Source: Octopus sinensis (lineage: Eukaryota). Taken from it: DNA of 64,000 bases. The DNA is taken from NCBI RefSeq assembly GCF_006345805.1, contig NC_043014.1:7192001-7256000 (forward strand). Reading direction: 5' to 3'. Below are positions 8,914 through 23,045 of this stretch, piece after piece. Within the stretch, counting starts at the first letter, position 1; each line of letters begins with the position of its first letter. The position numbers and the translations under genes are program-made. The notes beneath the pieces are model-generated. The model saw only the letters and a list, made by a program, of their open reading frames with translations. It had not been told where the DNA came from and did not search any database.

Positions 8914-11900
8914 GTAAGTGATTTGAAATTAGAAGCTTATTAAGAACTGGGAGGGAGTCTTTTGAAGTTCATCGTGTTGCATGTTATTCGAGCGTACCTT
9001 TGAGATTTTTAAATGGTATAATATGATTCGTTGCTGAATTCTATATATAATAGATTTGATTGTTCTTATATTAAAATGTTTTCTCTAAAAATATGCTCTG
9101 TATGGTTATATTAACGTCTGATTTATCGTTTAGAAGACTAAAGTAGAATATTTTTAATTAAATAATTGGTAATCTTTCGTTTTAACTCGAAATAATGTAA
9201 ACACTGAATCGGCCAAACATACATACATACACACACACACATACATACACACACACACATACATAGATACATACACACACACATACATAGATACATACAC
9301 ATACATACACACACATACATAGATAAATACACACACACACATACATACATATACACATACACCGAGTAAAAAATTTCAGTTATCTCTCTCTTTCACACAT
9401 TACTCTGTCTCTTCACACACACTAATAGAAGCACTTCACTTACACAACATACTGTCTGTCTCCCACACACATGTACATCAATGCTTCCCATGCACGGTAA
9501 CTTCAAAAGAACTTCCCTCGTCATACAATCGCTTTCTCTTAGTCTCTTTCGCTCTCATTACTTCAAAAGTTCCCGCAAGCCCATATGTAAAAAAGAAACA
9601 AGAAGTTTTTTACGGAAATCGACGGAAATGTCTACTAGAGACGAAAGATTGCCCACGTTCTTTTGTTCATCCACAACGCTGTTAGCATTTAAACATGCTC
9701 TCATGGATAAAAAAAAAAATAAGGCAGTTACAAGTCATCTCTTTCATAATCACAGGTTACTGTATTAAAAAGCGAAAATTAAATGATAGCATTGATTAAA
9801 TACACCTCAATATAAGTTTTAAAAAGACCGGGTTGTCACGATGCGATTGCCTCTAAGCGGATCTCGACTCGTTCAGGACAACTGACCTAGGGCTAAACAA
9901 TAGGGAAATGATGAGGCATGCTCACTAAGGAGCGACGAAGTGGTTACTTCCCGTGCTGGCAGAAACGTTAGCACGCCGGGCGAAATGCTTTGTGGTATTT
10001 CGTCCGCCGCTGCGTTCTGAGTTCAAATTCCGCCGAGGTCGACTTTGCCTTTCATCCTTTCGGGGTCGATTAAATAAGTACCAGTTACGCACTGGGGTCG
10101 ATGTAATCGACTTAATACCTATGTCTGTCCCCTCTATGTTTAGCCCCTTGTAGGTAATAAAGAAATAGGTATTTCGTCTGCGTTACGTTGTGAGTTCAAA
10201 TTCCGCCGAGGTCGACTTTGCCTTTCATCCTTTCGGGGTCGATAAATTAAGTACCAGTTACGCACTGGGGTCGATGTAATCCACTTAATACCTATGTCTG
10301 TCCTTGTCTGTCCCCTCTGTGTTTAGCCTTGTGGATAATAAAGAAATAGGTTACTTCCCGTGCGAGAAATAGCAGTCAGATCTTTTTTTGTAGTCGTCCT
10401 GCTGCTTGGACGAGTGACTGGGACAGAATGAGTAATTTCTATTTTATCGTTATTTTCTCCCTGTTTGAAAGTATTGTGTCATTATCAGAAATAAAAGGCG
10501 ATCTTATGCCAAGTAAAATTTGGTCAGTATATTTGTTGTCGGTAATAAAATCGAGTGGCAGGTACTTTTCAAGAAATTTTCGAGGCTAACGCAAATGCGG
10601 ATTCTTGGGTTTTTACATATCGGAGATTACGATTGTGAACTTGTCACTAGGGGGTCGTTCTTCCATTGACCTAGGAGTAAAGGTATCTGTTTCGTTAGAA
10701 TGGCCGCGAGCTGGCAGAAACGTTAGCACGCCGGGCGAAATGCGTGGCCGTATTTCGCCTGCCGCTACGTTCTGAGTTCAAATTCCGCCGAGGTCGACTT
10801 TGCCTTTCATCCTTTCGGGGTCGATAAATTAAGTACCAGTTACGCACTGGGGTCGATGTAATCGACTTAATACCTATGTCTGTCCTCTGTGTTTAGCCCC
10901 TTGTGGGTAGTAAAGAAATAGTTATTTCGTCTGTCTTTACGTTCTGAGTTCAAATTCCGCCGAGGTCGACTTTGCCTTTCATCCTTTCGGGGTATATAAA
11001 TTAAGTACGAGTTAAACACTGGAGGTCCATGTAATCGACTTAATCCGTTTTGTCTGTCCTTGTTTGTCCCCTCTGTGTTTAGCCCCTTGTGGGTAGTAAA
11101 GAAATAGGTATCTGTTTTGTTAGAAACAAAGAGAGAGTGCGTAATTTTACCTACCCCCCCCCCCCCCAAATTTAAATGTATATAAGAGTGGAAATTTCAT
11201 TAAAGCAGGTCTGTAACATGGAAAAATGTGGGTATTTTAACGTTGTCGAAACATCAATGTCTACAGTTTTAACCAAATGAACTGCGTGGCACATTGGGCG
11301 TCTTCTACTGTAGCCTTGGGCCGACCAAAGCCGTGTGAGTGGATTTGGTAGATGGAAACTGAAAGAAGCCCATCGTATATATGTATATATATATATATAT
11401 ATATATGTATGTTTGTGTGTCTGTGTTTGTCCCCCTAGCATTGCTTGACAACCGATGCTGGTGTGTTTACATCCCCGTAACTTAGCGGTTCGGCAAAAAG
11501 ATTTTGATAGAATAAGTACTGGGCTTACAAAGAATAAATCCCGGGGTCGAGTTGCTCGACTAAAGGCGGTGCTCCAGCATGGCCGCAGTCAAATGACTGA
11601 AACAAGTAAAAGAGAGAGTATAGAACATGCACTTTACATACCTGTTTCCACTATCAATTTTCAAAAAATGTCCAAGCTGAAGCAAAATGAGTAATGATTA
11701 ATTAAAATACTTCCTTCACTAATTGCATGGTGCACACATATATTCCGAAGAGAGCCACTCCAATGGATTGTGAAGAAACTATGTTTTAGATTTAAACATC
11801 ATCATCATTTAGCATCCGCTTTCCATACTAGCATGGGTTGGACGGTTCAACTGGGGTCTGGGAGGCCAGTAGGCTGCACCAGGCCCAGTCTGATCTGGCA

Positions 11901-14039
11901 ATGTTTCTACGGCTGGATGCCCTTCCTAACGCCAACCACTCCATGAGTGTAGTGGTTGCTTTTTACGGCCCACCGTCACAGGTGCCAGATGGGGCTGGCA
12001 AACGGCCACGGTCGGATGGTGCTTTTTACGTGCCACCGGCATGGGGACCAGGCGAGGCTGCCAAACAGCCACTGTCGGACGGTGCTCTTTATGTGCCACC
12101 GGCACGGGGTCCAGGCGAGGCTGGCAAACGGCCACGGTCGGATGGTGCTTTTTATGTGCCACTGGCACGGGGGCCATGATTGGATGGTGCTTTTTACGTG
12201 CCACCGGTACGGGGGCCAGGCGAGGCTGGCAATGGCCACGATCGGATGGTGCTTTTTATGTGCCACCGGCATGAGGACCAGGCGAGGCTGGCAACGGCCA
12301 CGTTCGGATGGTTCACTTACGTGTCACCAGCACTGGTATCACAGCTACAATTTCCATTGATGTTGAGTTTCGTTAATTCCCAATTGTGTACCATTATTCC
12401 CTTGACCCAGATATTTTAATTTTTGTTTCATTTCTAAACTTTCTGATGTCTAAGGATAAATATTGAGCATTCCTACTAATGTGTATACCCCCCTCCCCGC
12501 TCCCGACTTTGTTGCCTCATAACTTCCAAAAAAAGTGGATAATTTTTAACGAAATTTTCAACAAATGCCAGCTAGATATTATACAAGGATTTGTTTGAAA
12601 GAATTTCTCCGAGGATTTCGGAAAATTCGCACGATCCGACTTTCTTTCCTTGTAACTTTCGGGAAAATGGGTGTTTTTTTTTTTTTTTTTTTTGATGAAA
12701 TTTTTTACAAATATCCTTCAAACAACATAGGTTGTAATTTTGGATAAATGGAGTTTCGGATCAGGAATCCCACATAATTTGGAATTTCTCTGTTTTGACT
12801 GGGATTTTTCCAATTTAATCTGCAGTATCTGAGCAGTATTTTTGAAAATTTCATTAAAAAGTATCCGTTTTTATGGAAGTTATGAAACAAAACAGTCGAG
12901 AGGGGTTAGGGTTAGGGTTGTTCCATTGAGTTTAAAAAATAATGAATCTGAATGCCTTGATGAAGCAGGCGTTCCAACTGAGACCATTCCTTGTCATTTC
13001 AAGAGAACAACATTACCCAATCATCATTGTTTAACGTCCGTTTTCCGTGCTAGCATGGGTTGGACGGTTCGACTGGGGTCTGGGAAGCAAGGAGGCTGCA
13101 CCAGGCTCCAGTCTGATCTGGCAGTGTTTCTACAGCTGGATGCCCTCCGTGAGGGTGGTGCGTGCTTTTTACATGCCACCGGCACAGGTGCCAGACGAGT
13201 CTGGCAAATGGCCACGATCGGTTGGTGCTTTTTACGTGCCACCAGCACAGAAACCTGCCAAGGCGGCGCTGGCATCGGCCACCTTCGGATGGTGCTTTTT
13301 ACATGCCACCTGGAACAGAAGCCAGTCAAGGCGGCGCTGGCATCAACCACGTTCGGATGGTGCTTTTTACGTGTCACTGGCACAGAGGAACAAATTGTCA
13401 AAATTGTAGCAGAAAAGATAATTCCTCTCTGGCAAAAGGCATCTATCTCTTGAGTCAGTTAAACCGAAAATCTTAAAACTTTTATCTAGACTACTAAGCA
13501 TTACTAAATCTGTGGAAAAAATGTGCCAGTGTTAAAGACAAAAAAAAAAGGGAATGCTTTTTATATGCCTCCAGCACAGGTGCCAGGGGTGGCTGACAAC
13601 GGCCACGATCGGTTGGTGCTTTTTACGTGCCACCAGCACAGAAGCCAGTCAAGGCAGTGTTGGCATTGGCCACGTTCGGATGGTCCTTTTTATGTGCCAC
13701 CGGCACAGAAGCCAGTCAAGGCAGCGCTGGCATCGGCCACGTTCGGTCCTTTTTACGTGCCTCCGGCACAGAAACCAGTCAAGATGGCGCGGGCATTGGC
13801 CTCGTTCAGATGGTCCTTTTTACATGGCACCGACATAGGTATCACAACTACAATTTCCATTTGATATTTATTTTGATGTTGATGTACTTGACTCAATAGG
13901 GCTCCTCAAGCACAGCAGGTCAAGGGCCACCAGCACATGTATTCTCCATTTCTTCAGATGGTTGAATGTGAGTATTCTTTCCATCACCTACTTATTTATC
14001 CATCATTTCTAGGGTCTTTTTCTCTCTTCTTCGTTTCAG

Positions 14040-14217
14040 CTGCCCTTTGACCCTTCATTGAAGAAAAAGAAGAAGAAAAAGAAAACTCCTTTTATGGAGA
14101 GTTCTGAAATGGATGGCACCAGGATGGATACCCCGGCTGCTGATGGCACTCCGAGCGAGTCTACACATGATCAGACCGAGGGAGACATAGATCTTCTCTG
14201 TGACAAGTTAGACCAAG
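14040..14217 (+). CDS. EIF2S2: eIF2-beta coding exon 2 (LPFDPSLKKKKKKKKTPF...CDKLDQ)
   Basis: Acceptor tttcag|; FDP + K8 + PF motif (K-box 1); donor CAAG|gttcgt, phase 1. Confidence 0.9.
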
Positions 14218-14695
14218 GTTCGTTGACTCTAAACTATATTTTGGCCTAACTCTTCGTTGTTTTTACTCTTTTACTTGTTTCAGTCATTTGCCTGCGGCCA
14301 TGCTGGAGCACCGCCTTTAGTCGAGCAAGTCGACCCCGGGACTTATTCTTTGTAAACCCCCAGTACTTATTCTATCGGTTTCTTTTGCCAAACCGCTAAG
14401 TGACGGGGACGTAAACACACCAGCATTGGTTGTCAAGGCAGCGAGCTGGCAGAATCGTTGGCACGCTGGGCGAAATGCTTAGCGGTATTTCGTCTGCCGT
14501 TACGTTCTGAGTTCAAATTCCGCCGAGGTCGACTTTGCCTTTCATCCTTTCGGGGTCAATAAATTAAGTACCAGTTACGCACTGGGGTCGATGTAATCGA
14601 CCTAATCCCTTTGTCCTTGTTTGTCCCTTCTGTGTTTAGCCCCTTCATCATCATCATCGTTAAGCAATGCTAGAGGGACAAACACAAACACACAC

Positions 14696-14726
<31 letters not shown>

Positions 14727-15284
14727 CATATATACGACAGGCTTCTTTCAGTTTCCGTCTACCAAATCCACTCACAAGGCATTGGTCAGCCCGGGGCTAT
14801 AGCAGAAGACACTTGCCCAAGATGCCACGCAGTGGGACTGAACCCGGAACCATGTGGTTGGTTAGCAAGCTACTTACCACGCAGCCACTCCTGCTTGGTT
14901 TTCCATGCCTGCACAGTTCAAGAATTTGTTGTGTCCAATTTTCTACCACCGAACATCCTTCCTGTTGCTAACCCTCTTCTGTTTCAAAAGTAGGCAATAT
15001 TTTCTCATGGCTATATATGTATTCTTAAGAAGACTAAAATCAGATCTCATTGCTGTATGCCAGGACAGGGAGACACACACACACACTCTTTGCTAAAAAC
15101 TCCATCCGTTATTCTTTTGTTAGAAAGAGCATTGTTTGGTTGTTTGAGAATAATAAAAAGAGTGCATTCTTTAGATAACATTACTGCTTCATTCATTTAA
15201 CATCATTTGTTAATTACCCATCACAAACTGGCAAGTATTCACACCATCAGAAAGATATAGAAAATGAGTTTGATTTACGCTTAA

Positions 15285-15504
15285 CCCTTTCCTTACTGTA
15301 TTTATTTTGAGATGTTCTGTGTTTCTTTCAATTACTTTAAATATAACAAAGAATTGAGTAAAATAACTTCATTATCATTCAGCTAGTGTTAAGAACATAA
15401 ACTGTGACTAAGGTTTGGGGGAAGATTTTAATTCAAAACTTTTGAAAACAAGACATTTGTACTCGGAGCCAAAGGTAGTTTCAGCCAGGTTGGTAACGAA
15501 AGGG
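15285..15504. mobile_element. piggyBac-type MITE (220 bp, TTAA-flanked); second copy at 15952-16171
   Basis: ttaa|cccttt...aaaggg|ttaa at both copies; the internal sequences are near-identical. Confidence 0.85.
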
Positions 15505-16916
15505 TTAAGTTAGTTTGGGGAGTGTTTAGTCAATAACATCTACCCCTGTATTTAAGCGGTTACTTTATTTTCAATGCCTCTGAAAGGGTTTGTGACAGTC
15601 TTTCCTTTCAAATCCGTGTCTGGTTAGGGTAAATGTTACCTAACTTGGAAATAAGTGGGGATGGGCATCAGATGGGCATCAGGCTGTAGAAAATCTACCT
15701 CAACAAATTTCATTTGACCTATGCAGACATGGAAAAGTGGATGATCATAGGTATACTCTGCCACCTGTGCATATGTGCAGGACCTTATGCACATTTTAGA
15801 ATTCCTAGAGCAGTGTTTCTTAACATAAAGAAACCTTTATTTCTGCAAAACATGATGGATTGTATAAAATTAAAATTTTTTTTAATCATTTGCTGGGTCT
15901 GGAGGGCTGATGAGATTGATGCCAAAGTTCCTTTTGAGCCTTTGTAATTAACCCTTTCGTTACCGTATTTATTTTGAGATGTTCTGTGTTTCTTTCAATT
16001 ACTTTAAATATAACAAAGAATTTAGTAAAATAACTTCATTATCATTCAGCTAGTGTTAAGAACATAAATTGTGACTAAGGTTTGGTGGAAGATTTTAATT
16101 CAAAACTTTTGAAAACAAGACATTTGTACTCGGAGCCAAAGGTAGTTTCAGCCAGGTTGGTAATGAAAGGGTTAATGCCTGTAGGACGGAAGGATTGGGC
16201 ATGTAGAGTTTTGAAGGTGAGGAATGCCTTGACAAGGTGGTTTGAACACAAGCAGCTCTGAGGAGTAGAGGCCTGTGTGGTAGCAGAGAGAAAAAAAACC
16301 GTGCTGGAGGGACAGAAACTTGAACATGTGCAGCAGTGGGCCTCACCTGAGCTTTGTAGATCATCAGTAATTATTAAGGACTGAAGTATGCTCTGGCCCA
16401 GTTATTGAGATGCAGTCACAACTATGTTGAGGATGTGCTTTTCTTGGGATAAATTCTCAATGATTACCCATGCATCTATGGAAGATGGATGCTGAACATT
16501 GATGATAATGATGAATGAATCTCAACAATTTTCAGGGCTCTAGATGAATGTTGTTTGTGGTTTGTATATGAAGGTTGCTTTGATGTTTTCTCGATGTGAG
16601 TAGTGTATGTGTTTTATTACTGTTGGAAGCGACAAGATGGGTATGTCCCCATTGGAGTATACTTTCAAGGTCTGTTTGTTGTGGAATGAGTGTGGGTTTG
16701 AAATGTATTTTACTCTTTTACTTGTTTCAGTCATTTGACTGCGGCCATGCTGGAGCACCGCCTTTAGTCGAGCAAATCGACCCCGGGACTTATTCTTTGT
16801 AAGCCCCCAGTACTTATTCTATCGGTCTCTTTTTGCCGAACCGTTAAGTGACGGAGACGTAAACACACCAGCATCGGTTGTCAAGCAATGCTAGGGGGAC
16901 AAACACAGACACACAA

Positions 16917-16951
<35 letters not shown>

Positions 16952-18003
16952 CAACAGGCTTCTTTCGGTTTCCATCTACCAAATCCACTCACAAGGCATT
17001 GGTCGACCCGGGGCTATAGCAGAAGACACTTGCCCAAGATGCCACGCAGTGGGACTGAACCTGGAACCATGTGGTTGGTTAGCAAGCTACTTACCACACA
17101 GCCACTCCTGCGCCTATTTGTATATGAAGGTTGCTTTGATGTTTTCCTCAATGTGAGTAGTGTATGTGTCTTGTTAGTGTTGGAAGCGACAAGATGGGTA
17201 TGTCCCCATTGGAGTATATTTTCAAGGTCTGTTTGCGGAATGAGTGAGGGTTTGATATGTATATTGTGTGTAGATAGTGCATGGCTGGGGGAATGTTAGG
17301 AAGCAAAGGGTCCTGCTATCTGTATAAGACTGGGTGTTGTTGGGTGTGGGTGAATGTGATTGCTGTATTGATGGAACAAAGTGGGAAACAAAACGAAACC
17401 CTGGAACACACCAAAGTTGATAAATGAGAGATAGAAACAGTTCCATTAACAAATGCAACAGGGGTGGGATCTGATCCGAGAGATGAGACAGGTAGAGCCC
17501 TAAAGATGGCCAGTTCATCATCATCATCATCGTTTAGCGTCCGCTTTCCATGCTAGCATGGGTTGGACGCTTCAACTGGGGTCTGGGAAGCCAGAAGGCT
17601 GCACCAGGCCCAGTCTGATCTGGCAATGTTTCTATGGCTGGATGCCCTTCCTAACGCCAACCACTCCGTGAGTGTAGTGGGTGCTTTTTACGTGCCACCG
17701 GCATTTTTATATATATATATATATATGTGTGTATATTTGAAGACCATGACCACTAGGTGGACAGCCGTATGCTAGAAGTAGATCACTTACGATCAAACTA
17801 CAAAGAACGGAATGTTCTCTAGAGGAAAATTCAGCAGACAAGACAGATGAAAATTTGCCATACTGTTGTCAAAAGCATGGTTGGTGTCAAGGACAACGAC
17901 ATTGTTTTCACCAAACTTGATTTTCGTCTTTCGTAGCAACTCGTATTTCCTATTTGCTTACCCTCTGTAGTTCTCTAATGACATTGTTTCTCTGTAATTC
18001 TAG

Positions 18004-18083
18004 ACTTCTCTCTGGAACTCACAAAGAAGAAGAAGAAGAAGAAGAAGCCTACAGATTTGGATGAGCAACCAGACAGTGCCCCG
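18004..18083 (+). CDS. EIF2S2: eIF2-beta coding exon 3 (D-FSLELTKKKKKKKKPTDLDEQPDSAP)
   Basis: Acceptor ttctag|; K-box 2; donor CCG|gtaagt, phase 0. Confidence 0.9.
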
Positions 18084-18244
18084 GTAAGTATTGCTTGAGT
18101 TTCGTGCTCAGTGGTGGTCGTGCAGGGCCACTGGTTGTAATGTTTACAAGGAATGTAAACATTGTGTCATTGTTTACACCTGTCGTCCAATGTCAACACA
18201 AGACGTGCACACACACACACACACACACTTTTATATATGTAGCT

Positions 18245-18628
18245 GTGGAGGCGCAACGGCCCAGTTGTTAGGGCAGCGGACTCGCGGTCATAGGATTGCG
18301 GTTTCAATTCCCAGACTGGGCGTTGTGAGTGTTTATTGAGCGAAAACACCTAAAAGCTCCACGAGGCTCCGGCAGGGGATGGTGGTGATCCCTGCTGTAC
18401 TCTTTCACCACAACTTTCTCTCACTCTTACTTCCTGTTTCTGTTGTACCTGTATTTCAAAGGGCCGGCCTTGTCACTCTCTGTGTCACGCTGAATATCCC
18501 CGAGAACTACATTAAGGGTGCATGTGTCTGTGGAGTACTCAGCCACTTACACGTTAATTTCACGAGCAGGCTGTTCTGTTGATCGGATGAACCGGGACCC
18601 TCGTCATCGTAACCGACCGAGTGCTTCC
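18245..18628 (+). mobile_element. tRNA(Arg)-like SINE family D; other copies ~37530-37895 and 58405-58680 (variant)
   Basis: Head 'ggaggcgcaa.ggcccagt.gttagggcagcggactcgcgg...ggtttc.attccc' followed by a conserved ~300-bp body. Confidence 0.8.
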
Positions 18629-18954
18629 GTATATATGTAGCTCAAACGCTTTAGTATTTAAACCAGTGATGGCTTGAAGGATATTGAGTTTAATTTCATA
18701 ACCAGCTGATCTAGCAAGCGGGGTCTCATATCAGTGAGGGGGGGGGTGCATTGATGCCGTCGAGAAGTAGGCCCCGAAACGGCGCGCATTCTCTCCTGAT
18801 GACCCCATACACTTGCTGGCTTCCGGTATGTGGAGTTTTTGACTGGTAGCACTTGCATGTGCAAGTTGTTTGCAAGACATCCAAATATTCTACCTGTTTT
18901 ATGTCGAAACTCGCCGGATCCAACCTCTCAAACCTACCCTGCAATGTCAGTCGT

Positions 18955-20480
18955 CATCATCGTTGTCATCATTTAACATCTGCTTTCCTTGCTGACATTG
19001 GTTTGGTTGGTTTGACTGGGGGCTGGCAAGCCAGATGGCTGCACCAGGCTCCAATCTGATCTGGCAATATTTCTACAGTTGGATGCCCTTCCTAATGCCA
19101 ACCACTCCGAGAGTATAGTGGGTGCTTTTTACATGCCACTGGTATGAGGGCCAGTCAGGCAGCACTGGGGAATGACCATGCTTGAATGGATGGTGCTTTT
19201 TACGTAGCACTGGCAACGACCACTCTCAAATGATGCTTTTTACGTGCCGCTTGCATGGGTGCCAATCAGGCAGTACTGCATCGGCCATGACATAGACATC
19301 ACTTGGCTCAACAGGTCTTCACAAGCACAGTTTATTGCCCAATGATTGAAGGGTACTCTTAAATGGGCTGGTTATGGTGCACTGGGATAGGCCACGGTTA
19401 CGGTCTCACTTGGTTTGCCGGGTCTTCTCAAGCACAGCATATCTTTAAAGGTCATGCTTTGCCACCTCACCCAGGTCTTCCTGGGTCTACCTTTTCCACA
19501 GGTTCCCTTTACTGCTAGGGTGTGGCACTTTTTCACACAGCTGTCCTCATCCGCATGCAACACATGGCCATACCAGTGCAGTCGTCTCTCTTGCACACCA
19601 CATCTGATGTTTCTTATGTCCATCTTTTATCTCAGGATGCTTGACATTACACATCAAGTGGAGCATACTAGCTTCATTTTTGGTAAGCTTGTGCATGTCC
19701 TCAGCAGTCACGACCCATGTATCAACGACTAGTTTTTCCCCCCTGGCATGTGGCAGAAGCTGTTTATTGCCCATGAGCATCTGCCACACACAAAAACTTT
19801 CTTCCCAGTTAGCCTTCCTTTGATATTGCTGCGCCTCTTATGTGTCCAAAGCTTACGCCAGATACATCTTATGGAGTTTCTACTTATGCCTTTTCTACAG
19901 ATCAAGTAGTGCCATCTACCTGAAGGGATTTGTGATTTGTCAGCCTTCCTACTTATTAAGTCTTTGGTTTTTGCTAGATTGACTCTAAGGCCCTTCAATT
20001 CTTGACCTTGCTTCCTCACCTGAAACTCCTTCTCTAGTTCTGATAGTGACTCGGCTATTAGAGCAAGGTCATCAGCATAGAGGAGCTACAAGGGGCAGCC
20101 TATCTTGAATTCCTCTGTTATTACCTGGAGGACTATCACGAATAAGAGGGGCTGAGGACTGATCCTTGGTAGATCCCTATCTATTCTTCACTATACTCGT
20201 TGCCAACCCTCACCTTACTGACAGCGACCCTGTACATGACTTGTACACCTCTCACTAACTACTCATCTATCCCTACAATTTCCACATTGACCACCAGATA
20301 AGGGATCAGGGGACCCTGTCAAAGGCTTTCTCCATGTCAACAAAAGCTGGGTACAGATGTTTATCTTTGGCTAGGTATTTCTCCTGCAGCTGTCTAACCA
20401 GAAATATAGCATCGGTGGTGCTTTTCCCTGGCACAAACCCAAACTGCATCTTATCTAAACTGACTCTCTCCCTAATTAGC
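18955..20480 (-). mobile_element. 5'-truncated, decayed RTE LINE (RT domain to 3' tail)
   Basis: Minus-strand translation gives QFGFVPGKSTTDAIF...FVDMEKAFDRVP (~20330-20450), LLYADDLAL (~20065-20090) and GRPRKTW (~19480), with stops and frameshifts. It continues into the family-A tail. Confidence 0.9.
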
Positions 20481-21158
20481 TAAAGCCATTTAAGGTGGTG
20501 CCTTGACATGGCCATAGTCAAATGACAGGAACAAGTAAAAGGTAAAACAACAGTGGAAGGGATTAGAATTTTCTCCCCACAGTAGAGAGTTCCTTCTTTT
20601 CTTTCAAAAATGATTGTAGCCTAGTTTAGTATGATTTATGTGGTGTTGTGTAGTTTCTGGACTGGCCATACAGGAGCACTGTGCCATACAGGAATTAGAT
20701 AATTAATCTGTGTAGCCCAACCTAGCTGTTGTCACATTTCTTGACTAAGGACTTTATGGTCTGAAATATTGAAATACACACACATAAATATATATATATG
20801 ACGGGCTTCTTTCAGTTTCTGTCTATTCGCCTTACTGGCACCTGTGCCGGTGGCATGTGTAAGTAAAAAGATTCGAGCGAGGTCGTTGCCAGTACCGCCT
20901 GACTGGCCCTCGTGCCGGTGGCACGTAAAAAGCACCCACTACACTCTCGCAGTGGTTGGCGTTAGGAAGGGCATCCAGCTGTAGAAACTCTGCCAGATCA
21001 AGATTGGAGCCTGGTGCAGCCATCTGGTTCGCCAGTCCTCACTCAAAATCGTCCAACCCATGCTAGCATGGAAGGCGGACGTTAAATGATGATGATGATA
21101 GCTCGGGACTAAATTACTATTAGTATTATTATTATGTGGTTTATATTCTTGCTTTCAG

Positions 21159-21315
21159 GAAACAGCAAAAGACAGCAATGAGTTTGATGTTGGAGACCCC
21201 GTTCAGAATGATGACGATGACCTAAACTTGTCATTGCCACGGAGGAAAAAGAAGAAGAAGAGGAAGGTGATTAACTTGGATGATCAAGCTGAGGAGGAAG
21301 AAATGGCAGATGATG
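21159..21315 (+). CDS. EIF2S2: eIF2-beta coding exon 4 (ETAKDSNEF...LPRRKKKKKRKVINLDD...MADD)
   Basis: Acceptor tttcag|; K-box 3; the only phase-compatible donor found is non-canonical, GATG|gcaagt. Confidence 0.85.
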
Positions 21316-22119
21316 GCAAGTGGCCCCTTTTTTTTTGTGTGTGTGTGTCTCCCTTGCATAATTGGCACAGGTATGGCTTTATAAGAGTGGAAAGATCCCT
21401 CTGCGAGACATGGGCTCAGGGAGGTTCTAGGTGATTGATATGCCAACAAGGAGAGGTCAAGTACCCGAGGTAGTGTTATCGACACCTTCACTTCCAAATT
21501 GGCCTCATATCTGTCTAAGATATCAGCTTTTCTTCCATCCGGGAGTGGATAAAACACAAAACTGGTGTTGATTTAATCCACTCGTGCCCTTCTCCAAAAT
21601 TTCAAAGCTTGTGCCTCATTTAGAACCTGTTATGTTCTGAGTTCAAATCTTACTGAAGTTAACTTTACCTTTCGTCCGTCCAGGGTCAATAAAATACGGT
21701 ACCAATGAAGTACTGGAGACAATGGTATCAGCTAGCTCCCTACCCTTAAAATTTTTGGCTTTGTGTTTTGATCAGAAACCATTAAGTCCCTTTTGCTGAA
21801 TCACAAAGTTGTTGAACAGTGGTAGGGGATCAAATACACACAGATATATATGCAATAAACTTTTTTCAGTTCCCATCTACCAAATCCATTCACAAGGCAA
21901 AGGTGAGAACCTGGCAAGTCTGTTGGAACATTGGAGGAATACCTTGTGGTGTTTCTTCCATTTCTTTTCCTAGCTAAAATTCCACCAAAGTCAATTATAT
22001 CTTTTGCGCTTTTGGGATCAATAAAGTTCCAGTTGAACACTGGGGTTGATAAAATTGTCTTACCCCTTCCATCAAAATCAGAAAGGATTATTATTATTAT
22101 TGTGTGAGAGAGCAGTCCA

Positions 22120-23045
22120 TGCCATCAAAGTGACACTGGGGTACAATATACGAAGCCCAGTATACCCATCATGACTACCCGTCTGATAAGGGTACACCAG
22201 GCACATGCATCACAACCATATGTGCGCGACATGGTGATCTCATAACAAGATAAACAGCACATGACCTTGCGGGTGGGGCCCAGTTAGAATTTTGTTCTGG
22301 TTGGGTGACACTGGGCTAATATATACAAAGCCCAGTATACCCATCATGACTACCCGTCTGATAGGGGTACACCAGGCACATGCATCACAACCATATGTGC
22401 GCGACATGGTGATCTCATAACAAGATAAACAGCACATGACCTTGCGGGTGGGGCCCAGTTAGAATTTTCTTCTGGTTGGGTAACTCATCCCACTCAAAAG
22501 GTCCCTAATTTAGGGTTGTTTAAGGATGTTGAATGAAACACCCATGTTTCCAGAGGTGAATCATTCAAACCCTAAAGAATTCCTCTCAAAAGACGGCTAT
22601 GGTACTCCCCCACTACTTCTGCTCATGATCAGAGATGCACATATCGTCAGCCACTAAGGGACATGCTCAACTGGTTACGGTCAAACAACTGACAAGCAAA
22701 TCTGTGGTATTGAGCAGAATATTTGCCGTAACCCATCTTTTATACCAAGACAAAACAATGTACATGATAACATTTCCAGTCAGTTAAGATCAGAAGCCAC
22801 GAGAACCACTGCCTGGTACTGCATCAGGGCATTATTATTATTATTATTATTATTATTATCATCATCATTATTATCATTATCATCATCATTATTATTATTA
22901 TCATCATTATTATTATCATTATTATTATTATCATCATTATTATTATCAATATTATTATTATTATTATTATTATCATAATCATTATCATTATTATCATCAT
23001 CATCATTATTATTATCATCATTATTATTATTATTATTATTATTAT
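22120..23045. mobile_element. Repeat element with an internal ~176-bp tandem duplication (22131-22480), ending in an (ATT/ATC)n tract (22830-23045)
   Basis: 'gtgacactggg...cccatcatgactacccgtctgata...ggggcccagttagaattt' is present twice. The family identity (probable non-LTR 3'UTR) is not confirmed. Confidence 0.55.

Noticed and set aside
18245-18320. tRNA genes at SINE heads (also 1335-1400, 32110-32180, 37530-37590)
   Set aside because: No complete cloverleaf could be formed, and each continues into a SINE body.
21371-21376. Canonical donor CAG|GTATGG as the end of EIF2S2 exon 4
   Set aside because: Phase 2; joining it to exon 5 gives an immediate TGA.
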